Shown: positions 27,525 to 37,420 of the stretch, one piece after another
Position numbering within the stretch: position 1 is the first letter of the stretch
Layout: the number at the start of each line of letters is the position of its first letter
Origin: Thermodesulfobacteriota bacterium
GTDB lineage: Bacteria; Desulfobacterota; Desulfobacteria; Desulfobacterales; C00003060
Direction: 5' to 3'
Assembly (NCBI GenBank): GCA_034189385.1
Contig: JAXHVD010000017.1
Location: 36,084-100,083, forward strand
Length of the DNA: 64,000 nt
The notes under the pieces: generated by a model
The model's input: the letters and a program-made list of their open reading frames with translations, nothing else
Told to the model about the DNA's origin: nothing
Databases searched by the model: none
Made by a program: the position numbers and the translations under genes

Positions 27525-27609
27525 TCTCCTCGTGAATCTGCCTCACCCCCACCGGCCCACGGTCAGCGGCCAAATGTAAACGGTTCACCCCGTGAAATAG
27601 GGTTCTCCT

Positions 27610-27845
27610 TAATCCAGCATCAAGCATCGTAAGAGATCACCGTTCACCGACAAACATCTGCGAACCGAAGCACTGAGCCCACTAAGGACAACGGACAACC
27701 GTCAACGGTGAACGGCTATCAGGGTAAACGATTATCCGGCATCCAGCATCCAGCATGATGTTTTGTTCCCATCAATGGTCAACGGATAACGGTCAACGTT
27801 CAACAGTGAACCTCCATCATGGTAAACCCTTATCCGGCATCCAAT
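27610..27845. repeat. Degenerate 7-bp tandem repeats (TCAACGG-type and ATCCAGC-type)
   Basis: ACAACGG ACAACCG TCAACGG TGAACGG; TCAATGG TCAACGG ATAACGG TCAACGT TCAACAG; ATCCGGC ATCCAGC ATCCAGC. Confidence 0.75.
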
Positions 27846-27892
27846 GCCCACACCCCTAAAAAGACCCTCAGCCAAAACTGGATCATCAGCCC

Positions 27893-29083
27893 ATGAGTGA
27901 ATTAGCCTTGGATGGAGCTCGCCCCGTTAGGAAAAAGGAGAATTTCCTTGTTTTTGGTGCACCGCTGATCGAGGAGCCTGAAATAGAAGAGGTGGTCGGC
28001 TGCATGCGCCGTCGCTGGATCGGCACTGGCCCGAAGGTCCGGCAGTTTGAGGAAGACTTCGCGGCTTTCAAGGGCTGCAAACACGCTATTGCCCTCAATT
28101 CATGTACTGCCGCCTTGCACCTTTCCATGTTCGCGGCAGGCATCGGGCCAGGCGACGAGGTCATTACCACAGCCATGACCTTTTGTGCGACGATAAATGC
28201 GATCATCCATTGCGGTGCAACTCCGGTCTTGGTGGACTGTGACAGGGAAACCATGAATATCCTCCCCGAGGAAATTGAAAAGAAGGTCACCGCCAAGACG
28301 AAAGCCATCCTTCCGGTCCATTTTGCCGGTCGGTGCTGCGACATGGATGCCATCATGGAGATTGCGCGCACCTTCGATCTTCTGATCATTGAAGACTGTG
28401 CCCACGCCATCGAATCGGAGTATCACGGCCAAAAGGCTGGAAGGTTTGGAGACATCTCCTGCTTCAGTTTTTATGTCACCAAAAACGTCGTCACCGGCGA
28501 GGGCGGCATGGTTGTCACAGATGATGACCGCTTTGCTGAAAGGATAAAGGTCCTGGGCCTCCACGGCATGAGCAAGGACGCCTGGAAGCGGTTTTCTGAT
28601 GAGGGCTATAAGCACTACCAGGTTATTCATGCTGGATACAAATACAATATGATGGACATTCAGGCTGCCATGGGAATTCATCAGCTAAAAAGGGTGGACA
28701 GGTACTGGAAGCACAGACAGGACATCTGGAACAAATACAATCAAGCGTTTAAGAGTCTCCCTTGCTTGATCCCTCCTGAACCCGAGCCGGATACGAAGCA
28801 TGCCTACCACCTGTACACCCCCTTGATAGACATTGACAGGATCGGCAAGACCAGAGATTGGGTGTTAAATGCACTGACGGCTGAAAACATTGGTGCCGGG
28901 GTTCATTATATCCCTGTCCACTTGCACCCGTTTTACCGCAAGACATATGGCTGGAAAGAAGGTGACTTCCCCAATGCCGAATGGATCGGGGAACGAACAG
29001 TCTCCCTGCCGCTTTCGGCGGCATTGAGCGAGGAAGATGCCGGAGATGTGATAGAAGCATTCGCCAAAGTGTTACATGGCTGA
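27893..29083 (+). CDS. DegT/DnrJ/EryC1/StrS PLP-dependent sugar aminotransferase
   Basis: 'NSCTAALH', 'IEDCAHA', 'SFYVTKNVVTGEGGM'. Confidence 0.95.
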   Translation: MSELALDGARPVRKKENFLVFGAPLIEEPEIEEVVGCMRRRWIGTGPKVRQFEEDFAAFKGCKHAIALNSCTAALHLSMFAAGIGPGDEVITTAMTFCATINAIIHCGATPVLVDCDRETMNILPEEIEKKVTAKTKAILPVHFAGRCCDMDAIMEIARTFDLLIIEDCAHAIESEYHGQKAGRFGDISCFSFYVTKNVVTGEGGMVVTDDDRFAERIKVLGLHGMSKDAWKRFSDEGYKHYQVIHAGYKYNMMDIQAAMGIHQLKRVDRYWKHRQDIWNKYNQAFKSLPCLIPPEPEPDTKHAYHLYTPLIDIDRIGKTRDWVLNALTAENIGAGVHYIPVHLHPFYRKTYGWKEGDFPNAEWIGERTVSLPLSAALSEEDAGDVIEAFAKVLHG

Positions 29084-29146
29084 TCCCCTCACATTTTCGT
29101 CCTATTTTGTCCATGAAGGAGCTGTGCTCAAGTGTACAATAAAGCC

Positions 29147-29510
29147 ATGATCGATGTCCGGGGACTTCCAGAAGGGTTTGGAGAGTTTGCCTTTACCTCA
29201 GCCAAGAAGCTTTTCAAGCTATTTTTGGGGTATCCATTGACGACACCTCCGTTGGGTTCAGTTACCCTGGATTTAGACGATGTGGCCATTGCCAAGGAAC
29301 AACTGAAGAGGAAACAAGATTGGTTCAATCCTGAGAAGGTTGAGGAATACCAAAACGCCTTTGCCTCGTGGAATGGCTCTAAGTACGCCTTCGCCTTTAT
29401 GGGAGATCACTCTCTTTAGTGCTTACATTCAAGCACTTGGACCAATTTCTGAGACGCGGTAAGCCTCCCAGGCTATTCGTGTGTGGTGAATCCCAAAGGC
29501 TTTCACTGGG
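29147..29510 (+). pseudogene. Degraded fragment of a second DegT-family aminotransferase
   Basis: 'EEYQNAFASWNGSKYAFAFMG' continues after frameshifts as 'SAYIQALG' and 'DAVSLPGYSCVVNP', matching the DegT N-terminal pattern, then stops. Confidence 0.65.
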
Positions 29511-29601
29511 AAGATAGGAAGTCCACTGCATTCTTTGAACTGTCTCTTACAGGAAACAAACCGATCTCGACATGACGCCAAAGAGAGGATAGGAGGAGCG
29601 C

Positions 29602-30369
29602 ATGGACCTTACGTCAGCAGATGGTGAGAGCTTTGTAGTAGACATGTCCTTAACTCAGGGCGATAAGATACGCAGGATAAGACAATTTTGGGACGACAGA
29701 GCAAAGCAATACGGTGATGGATGTCGAGCCACACTTGGTGAAGTCAGGCTGCGGAAGCTAGAGATAAGAACGATGATTAAATACATAAGGAAGTTCGCTC
29801 CGTCACTTGTTTTAGATGTTGGGTGCGGAAATGGGTATTCGACAAAGATGTATGCTCAAAACTTCCCAACTATTGATTTCCTAGGCGTAGATTACAGTCC
29901 TGAAATGATCAAACATGCAAGAAAGAATGTAACGAGGAATTGCTCCTTTGATACTGCCGACGTGCTCGACATTGGCTCGATGCCGAGAGGTCGTTTTGAC
30001 TTAATTATCACACAAAGGTGCCTTCAAAACCTACCTGATTATGCCAGACAGCGCGATGCTATATACAATTTGATTTCTCTGAAGGCCCCTGATGGCAGGT
30101 TGTTGTTGATGGAATGCTCGAAAACTGGTGTTGCACAGCTTAACAGGGTCCGAAAGCAATTTTGCAGGTCACCTCTAAATAATATTGAACCATGGCACAA
30201 TTGTTTCTTCGTAGATGAGACCATTAAAGAAGATTTCAAAGCTGATATTGTCTATTTTAGCTCCACATATATGTTTATCAGTAAGGTTATACACCGAAGG
30301 CTGTCCCTCGTGGGTTACTGGCTTCCTCCAATTGGCAAATTCGGATATGACAGACTATATATCTTGTGA
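29602..30369 (+). CDS. Class I SAM-dependent methyltransferase
   Basis: 'VLDVGCGNG', 'GVDYSPEMI'. SD AGGAGG. Confidence 0.88.
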   Translation: MDLTSADGESFVVDMSLTQGDKIRRIRQFWDDRAKQYGDGCRATLGEVRLRKLEIRTMIKYIRKFAPSLVLDVGCGNGYSTKMYAQNFPTIDFLGVDYSPEMIKHARKNVTRNCSFDTADVLDIGSMPRGRFDLIITQRCLQNLPDYARQRDAIYNLISLKAPDGRLLLMECSKTGVAQLNRVRKQFCRSPLNNIEPWHNCFFVDETIKEDFKADIVYFSSTYMFISKVIHRRLSLVGYWLPPIGKFGYDRLYIL

Positions 30370-30449
30370 AGTGAAGGTATCTTTGTGAACTCAGGGTGGG
30401 GGGGCTTTACAGATCGGCTGGCCTGAACTGAGTTTGTCTGAGCCAGCGA

Positions 30450-31163
30450 GTGTTCCCTCACAACCCGCGATCTTTACAGTGGACAATGTACAGGATCAAC
30501 TATACTGGGCATAACTGGCTTATTTTTAGAAACATGAATGAAAGGTTGATTGAGTGGTCAAAGCATATCAAAGGTACGGTTTACGATCTCGGGTGTGGAG
30601 AAAGGCCCTATGAACGATTCATTCTCGAACATGCGAACCAGTATGTGGGTGTGGATTGGTCAAATACATTGCATGGCTTGAAGGCCGACATTGTAGCCGA
30701 CCTAAACGAACCCCTCGAGACGATAGACGATCGGGTTGCAGATACAGTTTTCTCCATCTCCGTCATGGAGCACTTGTGCGAGCCACAGCAATTTCTAGAG
30801 GAAGCGTTTCGTATACTTAAAGAAGGGGGGGGGCTGCTTTTACAGGTGCCCTTTCAGTGGCATGTGCACGAGGCCCCGTATGACTACTTCCGATATACTG
30901 AGTATGGACTTAAGTACCTCCTTGCTAAGACGGGTTTCCGGAATATCGAGGTAACCGCAACGACAGGCTTCTGGTCAACGATGGCATTAAAGGCGAATTA
31001 CCACTCACTTCGATACATACGGGGTCCCAAGTTCCTACGCTATGTGGTGAGATCTTTGTTAATCCCCTTTTGGCTTGCCGACCAGAGTATTGCAGACTTC
31101 TTGGATAGAATTGACTCGGACAAAAATGAAACAGCGGGATATACTGTTATGGCCTTCAAATAG
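30450..31163 (+). CDS. Class I SAM-dependent methyltransferase
   Basis: 'VYDLGCGERPY', 'VMEHL', 'HEAPYDYFRYT'. Start may be ATG 30486. Confidence 0.88.
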   Translation: MFPHNPRSLQWTMYRINYTGHNWLIFRNMNERLIEWSKHIKGTVYDLGCGERPYERFILEHANQYVGVDWSNTLHGLKADIVADLNEPLETIDDRVADTVFSISVMEHLCEPQQFLEEAFRILKEGGGLLLQVPFQWHVHEAPYDYFRYTEYGLKYLLAKTGFRNIEVTATTGFWSTMALKANYHSLRYIRGPKFLRYVVRSLLIPFWLADQSIADFLDRIDSDKNETAGYTVMAFK

Positions 31164-32643
31164 AAGGATTGACCATACCTCGTGTAAGCCGGCGCCCTCA
31201 AGCCTTAGAAGATCTGCCGCCTCTGGGGCTAAATGGACCACTGCATCGACTGCAGCCACGACTGCCCTGCACTTTTGCCAATTGGCCGTGTTGGCAAGAC
31301 TGCTGGCGCCTCAAGATTTTGGCCTTATGGCCATGATCATGGTTGTTCTGGGCTTTGCCCAAGCATATTCAGACATGGGTATTAGCAATGCAATCATTTG
31401 TCGACAAGATGCAACGGCCGATCAACTCTCTTCCCTATACTGGCTGAACATGGTGGCCGGCATTCTCGTATTCTTTCTTATTCTTTCAGCTGTGCCGCTG
31501 ATTGTCGCATTTTATAAGGAACCTAGGTTAGCATCGCTACTTCCTTGGGCGGCTTCTATCTTCTTGGTAACACCCATTGGCCATCAATTTCAAGTTCTTC
31601 TGCAAAAGGAACTTGCATTCAGGTCCCTAGCTGTCATTGAGACTACAAGTGCCGTAGGAGGATTTGCCACAGCGGTTGGTTTTGCCATCGCAGGTGCCGG
31701 AGTCTTTTCTTTGATTCTCGGCCAACTGGCCAGGAGTGGCATAAAGGCTCTGACATTGGCAAGTGTTGGGTTTCGTCGATGGCGCCCTAAGCTTCGATTC
31801 AAGAGAGTGGACATTAAGGGCTACACAGGCTTCGGCCTTTATCAGATGGGCGAGAAAAGTGTGAATTACTTCTCGGCTAACGTGGATTACCTGGTGATCG
31901 GAAGACTTTTGGGTGCCAATGTCTTGGGTTTCTACACTTTGGCCTATCAGATGGTAGTCTTCCCCCTACAAAAGATGAACCCCGTATTGACACGGGTCAC
32001 ATTTCCAATTTTTGCTAGGGTGCAAAAAGATGACAGCCTTTTAAGAAGAGGCTTCTTGGAACTGACGAAAGCTCTTTCCTATATTGCCTGTCCACTGCTT
32101 GTTGGACTGGGGGCCACATCGCCTGTTCTTGTTCGTGAACTGTTTGGTTTTAACTGGTCACAGGCTGTACCTCTGATCCAGATACTGGCTCTGGTCGGCC
32201 TTTTGAAAACGCTGGGGAACCCAATGGGTTCGGTACTTTTGGCCAAAGGGCGAGCAGATGTTGGCTTCAAGTGGAATGTTTTGGTTGCTGGACTCAACAC
32301 CACAGTCTTTTACCTCGCTGCTAAGTTCAGCATTCATCATGTCGCGTGGTCCCACGCATGCTTGTCTTGCGTCTACTTTTTCGGTTCCACATGCATACTG
32401 ACTAGGATAATCGGGCTCACGTGGGGGCCCTACCTGCTGGGCCTTGCACCGCCGTTCGTTCTAAGTGCGGCAATGGGTACATTTATTTTGTCGTTTCTGA
32501 CAATTAGCCGTTACGTGGGCGATACGACCGTGCTCATCATGCAAATAGTGTTTGGGTCCATTATGTATTCGCTACTTGTATGTACCTTTCAGCGACGATA
32601 CATATTTGGCGTGCTTGAACAACTCTTTAACAGACGGAGTTGA
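31075..32643 (+). CDS. wzx: Wzx flippase (MOP superfamily, WzxC-like)
   Basis: 'LARLLAPQDFGLMAM', 'DYLVIGRLLG...LGFYTLA', many TM helices. True start is probably downstream of 31163. Confidence 0.9.
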   Translation: MPTRVLQTSWIELTRTKMKQRDILLWPSNRRIDHTSCKPAPSSLRRSAASGAKWTTASTAATTALHFCQLAVLARLLAPQDFGLMAMIMVVLGFAQAYSDMGISNAIICRQDATADQLSSLYWLNMVAGILVFFLILSAVPLIVAFYKEPRLASLLPWAASIFLVTPIGHQFQVLLQKELAFRSLAVIETTSAVGGFATAVGFAIAGAGVFSLILGQLARSGIKALTLASVGFRRWRPKLRFKRVDIKGYTGFGLYQMGEKSVNYFSANVDYLVIGRLLGANVLGFYTLAYQMVVFPLQKMNPVLTRVTFPIFARVQKDDSLLRRGFLELTKALSYIACPLLVGLGATSPVLVRELFGFNWSQAVPLIQILALVGLLKTLGNPMGSVLLAKGRADVGFKWNVLVAGLNTTVFYLAAKFSIHHVAWSHACLSCVYFFGSTCILTRIIGLTWGPYLLGLAPPFVLSAAMGTFILSFLTISRYVGDTTVLIMQIVFGSIMYSLLVCTFQRRYIFGVLEQLFNRRS

Positions 32644-32644
32644 A

Positions 32645-34435
32645 ATGCCTGGGCTAGTTGGCTTTCTTTCTATGGAAAACGAACCCCAGATGGTTCTGAG
32701 TCGCATGCAGGATAGCATTACTCACCACGACTTCCAGGTGACAGATCGCCTTTTTTTCGATGGCCAGTTTGGCTGCACCAGAAGTCACATCAATGTCATT
32801 CAAAAAGACTCACAGCCATTGGAACTAAATGGAGTCTATATTTGGCTAGATGGGGAGTTTTATAATCAAAGAGAGCTGGCTCGGCGAACCAATGGTGCCG
32901 TAAGCGATCCCGAAATCCTCTTGAACCTTTACAAAACCCATCCTGATTTCTCGTTTCTTAAGAACATAGATGGCATATATTCAGCCATAATATACGATAA
33001 AATACAACAAAGCGTTCATCTGATAACCGATCGTTACGGACTTAAACACTTGTACTGGTGCCATCGGAACAACTCCCTGGCATGGGCATCTGAGGTTAAA
33101 GCATTTCTGTGCCTGCCGTGGCTGACACTCACAATTGATGAGCAATCATTAAGCGACTTCTTTAGGGTGGGATATCTCCTTGAAAATGAGACGTGGTTTA
33201 ATGAAGTCAAATTGCTGCCTTCCGGAACGGTGCTTTCGTACCAGATAAAATCTAAGAATAAGAAACAACTCCGATATTGGTGGTGGGATAATATCATCCC
33301 ACTTCAACAAGACTTAGATGAGGGAGACTTAGTTGAAGAGTTGGGCCGATTGTTTAATGAAGCAGTGGCAAATCGATGCAAAAAGGGTGAGCGGGTCGGC
33401 TTGACTTTAAGCGGGGGACTTGATTCCAGGGCGATTTTGGCGGCTATGCCCGAGGGTACTGAGCCAATCCATGCCATAACCTTTGGGAAGAAGGGGTGCG
33501 AGGACATCCGCATCGCAGCTGTGGCAGCCGAAGTCAAGGGGGCTGAACACCACGTCTGCCATATCAATGAGAGTAATTGGCTTGCACCTCGTATTGAAGG
33601 AGTCTGGTGGACAGATGGGCAGTTGAACATGTTGCACATGCATGGGATAGAAGGGCTTGAAGGCGGAAAGAAGTATATGGATATAACTCTAAACGGTTTT
33701 GCAGGTGACGTAATCTTGGGCGGCAGTTTTCTCAAGAACCGAAGGTGTTGCGACACCGTGACCAAATGCTATGCCGGCCAGGTGATGAAGGTGACCGAGG
33801 AATGCCTTCACAATTTTCAAGAGTACAAACAGCTAAGGAAACCTGACTACTATTTCCTTCAGAATAGAATTCGGCGATTCGTGCACTGTGGAAGCAAGGC
33901 TGCTGAGACTCACGTGCATAACCCAAAGCCGTTTTATGACAATAAACTAATTGAGTTTATCTATTCTCTCCCGGATAGACTGCGCCTTAATTCACATTTG
34001 TACACTAAGATGCTGGTTGGAGTGTTTCCTGACTACTTCAGCAGTATCCCATGGCAGGCAACCGGATATCCTATTTCAAGAGATCCAAGAAGAGTGGCTA
34101 TGCTATTGGGAATAAGGAAAATAAGACGGAGAGTGTCTTATCTCCTGACCAAAGGGAGTTCTGATAAGCTCCATGGCAGTTCAAACTACACAGATTATTA
34201 CCGCTGGATCAGATCCGAACCTGCTAGCTCATACTTCCGGCAGGTGCTTTTAAGCAGAGATGCAATCTACGGTGAATATATTCCGAGGGAGCGGGTCGTC
34301 GCCGACTTGGATGGGCATCTCAGAGGATCAGCTGACCATTCAGATATGTTATGCCGGTATTTGACTTTTGAGATATGGCTACAACAGGTGTTTATGGAAA
34401 GGCAGAAGATGTGGAAGGGGTCGAAGGCTACATAG
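32645..34435 (+). CDS. Asparagine-synthetase-like amidotransferase (N-terminus MPG, no catalytic Cys)
   Basis: 'DGEFYN', 'TDRYGLKHLY', 'LSGGLDSR', 'PFYDNKL'. Confidence 0.85.
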   Translation: MPGLVGFLSMENEPQMVLSRMQDSITHHDFQVTDRLFFDGQFGCTRSHINVIQKDSQPLELNGVYIWLDGEFYNQRELARRTNGAVSDPEILLNLYKTHPDFSFLKNIDGIYSAIIYDKIQQSVHLITDRYGLKHLYWCHRNNSLAWASEVKAFLCLPWLTLTIDEQSLSDFFRVGYLLENETWFNEVKLLPSGTVLSYQIKSKNKKQLRYWWWDNIIPLQQDLDEGDLVEELGRLFNEAVANRCKKGERVGLTLSGGLDSRAILAAMPEGTEPIHAITFGKKGCEDIRIAAVAAEVKGAEHHVCHINESNWLAPRIEGVWWTDGQLNMLHMHGIEGLEGGKKYMDITLNGFAGDVILGGSFLKNRRCCDTVTKCYAGQVMKVTEECLHNFQEYKQLRKPDYYFLQNRIRRFVHCGSKAAETHVHNPKPFYDNKLIEFIYSLPDRLRLNSHLYTKMLVGVFPDYFSSIPWQATGYPISRDPRRVAMLLGIRKIRRRVSYLLTKGSSDKLHGSSNYTDYYRWIRSEPASSYFRQVLLSRDAIYGEYIPRERVVADLDGHLRGSADHSDMLCRYLTFEIWLQQVFMERQKMWKGSKAT

Positions 34436-34467
34436 CTCCGCGTGTGTGCAAGGAGAGAAACCCAGAT

Positions 34468-35661
34468 ATGGGGATGCAAAAGGGGACGGTCGCGCATTTT
34501 GTACACAGTTACCTTTTCCCAACGGGCAGTTGGATCTACACACAGCTCATCAACATGAAAAGATATCGGCCCGTTGTCCTTACATCCACCCTGGAAAACC
34601 AGGATCAGTTTCCGTTCAAAAACGTATACTGCTACCGCCAGGCTTTTAAAGGGACTAGAATAGCACAGGTTGCATGCAGAAAGGTTTATGAGACGATTAC
34701 GCAAAAGAGGAAGCGGTATTTCACTGGTGTGATCAGAGGAGAGAGAGCCCGATTGCTCCATGCGCACTTCGGAACGGAAGGTTACTACAATCTGGCACTT
34801 CAGAGAACAACACACCTTCCACTTGTCACTACCTTCTATGGCTTAGACGTGTCCAAACTCCCGAGCACAAAGCCAAAATGGCGAGAGCGCTACAGGGCAC
34901 TATTCGAAGTAGGAGTCCTGTTCCTGGCAGAGGGCCCCTTCATGGCGGAGGCCATAGTAGACTTGGGGTGTCCGGCTGAAAAAGTGCGGGTGCAGCATCT
35001 TGGGGTTGATGTACAGCGAATCCGGTTTGTTCCCCGATTCCAGCAGGACGGTCAGCCTGTGCGCATTTTGATGGCGTGCAGTTTCAGAGAGAAAAAGGGT
35101 ATTCGCTTCGGAATTGAAGCATTTGCAAAGGCTGTGCGGAAACATCCAAATATGGAGCTTCGCATTATCGGAGGTGCAAATACTTCTGGAGAAACGCGGC
35201 TAATGGAGCGTTGTAAGAAGATTGCCCTGAAGGAAGGAGCCGGGGAAAAAGTTCGCTTTCTGGGATACATTTCCTATAGTGACTATCTGAAAGAAATAAC
35301 ATGCGCCCACATCTTTCTGGCTCCAAGCGTTCGAGCGCGGGATGGAGATACAGAGGGTGGTGCGCCAGTTTCTGTTATCGAAGCATCAGCTGCCGGCATG
35401 CCAGTTATTGCAAGCCGGCATTGTGACATTCCTAACGTCATTATCGACGACGAAGCCGGCATCCTTGTTCCGGAGCGGAATGTGGATGCCCTGACGGAGG
35501 CCATTTTGAGCTTGGCTTGTGCTCCCGAGTGCTGGGCCGCACTTGGTGAAGCGGGACGGAAGCGAGTTGTAAAGGAATTCGATGTGGTTAGGCAAGTGGC
35601 GCGATTGGAAAGCCTTTATGATGAAGCTTTGGGGCAGACAGTTGAAGTAGCGGCGTCTTGA
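34468..35661 (+). CDS. Glycosyltransferase family 4 (WcaL-like)
   Basis: 'LHAHFG', 'EKKG', 'DGDTEGGAPVSVIEA'. Start uncertain (ORF track 34375). Confidence 0.9.
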   Translation: MGMQKGTVAHFVHSYLFPTGSWIYTQLINMKRYRPVVLTSTLENQDQFPFKNVYCYRQAFKGTRIAQVACRKVYETITQKRKRYFTGVIRGERARLLHAHFGTEGYYNLALQRTTHLPLVTTFYGLDVSKLPSTKPKWRERYRALFEVGVLFLAEGPFMAEAIVDLGCPAEKVRVQHLGVDVQRIRFVPRFQQDGQPVRILMACSFREKKGIRFGIEAFAKAVRKHPNMELRIIGGANTSGETRLMERCKKIALKEGAGEKVRFLGYISYSDYLKEITCAHIFLAPSVRARDGDTEGGAPVSVIEASAAGMPVIASRHCDIPNVIIDDEAGILVPERNVDALTEAILSLACAPECWAALGEAGRKRVVKEFDVVRQVARLESLYDEALGQTVEVAAS

Positions 35662-35721
35662 GACAGCTATCTAATGAGAATTGTTTGGCAGAGGATAAAG
35701 ATCGCCTTAGAGTTATAAAAT

Positions 35722-37092
35722 ATGCCCGCAGGAAAACTTGTTTTGCAAGGTGGCCCGAAAACAAGGTCATCTGCTCCTTCTCAAAGTCCCCGAAGGCCTG
35801 ATGTCCGGTCAAAAAGGGTTGTGCCATCACCTGGAAGAGCCCCCGCCGGGGCCTTTCTGCTATTAGTATGGGCAGCCTTTGTTTTGCCTAACGCGAATTG
35901 GGCCGCTTTTGAGTTTCTTATAGGGCACACGACCTTTTCCGAACTGGCTCTAATTCTGCTGCCCCTAATTTACGCGCTGTACCCCCGACGGCGCGCAGTA
36001 TGGCACACAACCCGGCTACGAATTGCAATCGTTGGTTTTTTTGCTTCCTGCCTCCTTAGCAACGTAGTTCAATATTTAATATATGGTGGCAGCATAACGT
36101 CGTTCCTTCGTGTACACCGAGCGCTTATTCCTCTGTATTGCGCAATGTCTCTCCTATACCTCGGCCCACGACTGCGTTGCGCGACGATTATTCGCAATTT
36201 AGGGGCATGCCTTTCAATTTCGTTCTCTATATCCATTGTTTTCTTTCTTTTTGACGTGGATTTTCAGCCGTACTTTCAGGCTGAATTGAGAGAAGGGGCA
36301 TATGAGGTAGTTCGCTCTGGGCGGCTTTACAACGTAAATGCTGGCTTTGCTTACTTAGGACTTGCCATCATTGCTGCATTTTCTTACTATCGGAAGAAGG
36401 CGCAAGCAAATCGGGCTACTTTGTTTCTGGTTGTGGCTAGTGCGTTGGCAATCTTGACGTGCATTCTGACATTCAACAGGACGTTTCTGTTTGTTTCTCC
36501 TTTCTTAATCATCACATCCCTCCTGATCTTTTCAAGGTTTCGCGTTGTACTCTATTTGATATTGACGGTGTCTCTTGCAATTTCATTAGGTCTATATAGC
36601 TATCGTGAGGCTGAAACAGTTCGGCGGCAGGTCGATGAGCGTATTATCATTCCATTGAAACATCAACGAATTTTTGAGAACGTATACTATGGCAAGCGTG
36701 ATGTCCTTTACCGAAGCTATTTTGAGGTTGGAAAGGATTACTTTCTGACAGGGGTGCCGCCACATGTTCCGTTGTGCATCGTCGGTCTTGAGTCCCGGCA
36801 AGTTATGACGACAGATATAAGTTTTGTAAGTGTTGTGCTGAGAAATGGTTTTTTTTCATTTCTAGTGTACTGCTGGGTGGGCTGGCTAATATACCGCAGC
36901 CTGTGGAAAATGAAAAACAAAAATGAATGGTCACAGGCAGGCATGCTGAGGCGCTCACTATTGATGGCCTTGCCGTTCATGGCGATTGCCAGTTTGAATA
37001 TTGACATCTTGGCGCGTCATTATAGCATTGTATTCGTTGCACTTCTAATTGTTTCGGTGAGGGACGATCAGGCAACTGGGCAAAAATGCTGA
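35722..37092 (+). CDS. Putative Wzy polymerase (polytopic membrane protein)
   Basis: About ten hydrophobic segments with a large late loop; position among the glycosyltransferases. Confidence 0.6.
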   Translation: MPAGKLVLQGGPKTRSSAPSQSPRRPDVRSKRVVPSPGRAPAGAFLLLVWAAFVLPNANWAAFEFLIGHTTFSELALILLPLIYALYPRRRAVWHTTRLRIAIVGFFASCLLSNVVQYLIYGGSITSFLRVHRALIPLYCAMSLLYLGPRLRCATIIRNLGACLSISFSISIVFFLFDVDFQPYFQAELREGAYEVVRSGRLYNVNAGFAYLGLAIIAAFSYYRKKAQANRATLFLVVASALAILTCILTFNRTFLFVSPFLIITSLLIFSRFRVVLYLILTVSLAISLGLYSYREAETVRRQVDERIIIPLKHQRIFENVYYGKRDVLYRSYFEVGKDYFLTGVPPHVPLCIVGLESRQVMTTDISFVSVVLRNGFFSFLVYCWVGWLIYRSLWKMKNKNEWSQAGMLRRSLLMALPFMAIASLNIDILARHYSIVFVALLIVSVRDDQATGQKC

Positions 37093-37420
37093 AGTCAGAA
37101 GAACCTGAAGCCGGTGCATGGCAGGCGCAAATGGACTATGTGGCACTCGGCGGTTGTGGGTACTATGACGGCAGGAAAAATTCGATGTGACTTGACGAGA
37201 AGCAAATAGTATTCCGTATGGAGCATTATCAGTGCGAATTAGGGAGCAAGCCAGCGGTCAGTTCGGGATAAGCTGGGAAGCCAAGAAAGCATGCAAGAGC
37301 CCAAGCCGGTGACACTTAAAAGCTAAAAAGATTAAAGTGATGAAATGGGTCCGGAGCTTAGCGATGTGGCGAATAGCCGGGGTTAGGAACCAAAGTGGCC
37401 GCTGGTAGTTAAGGTTTAAA

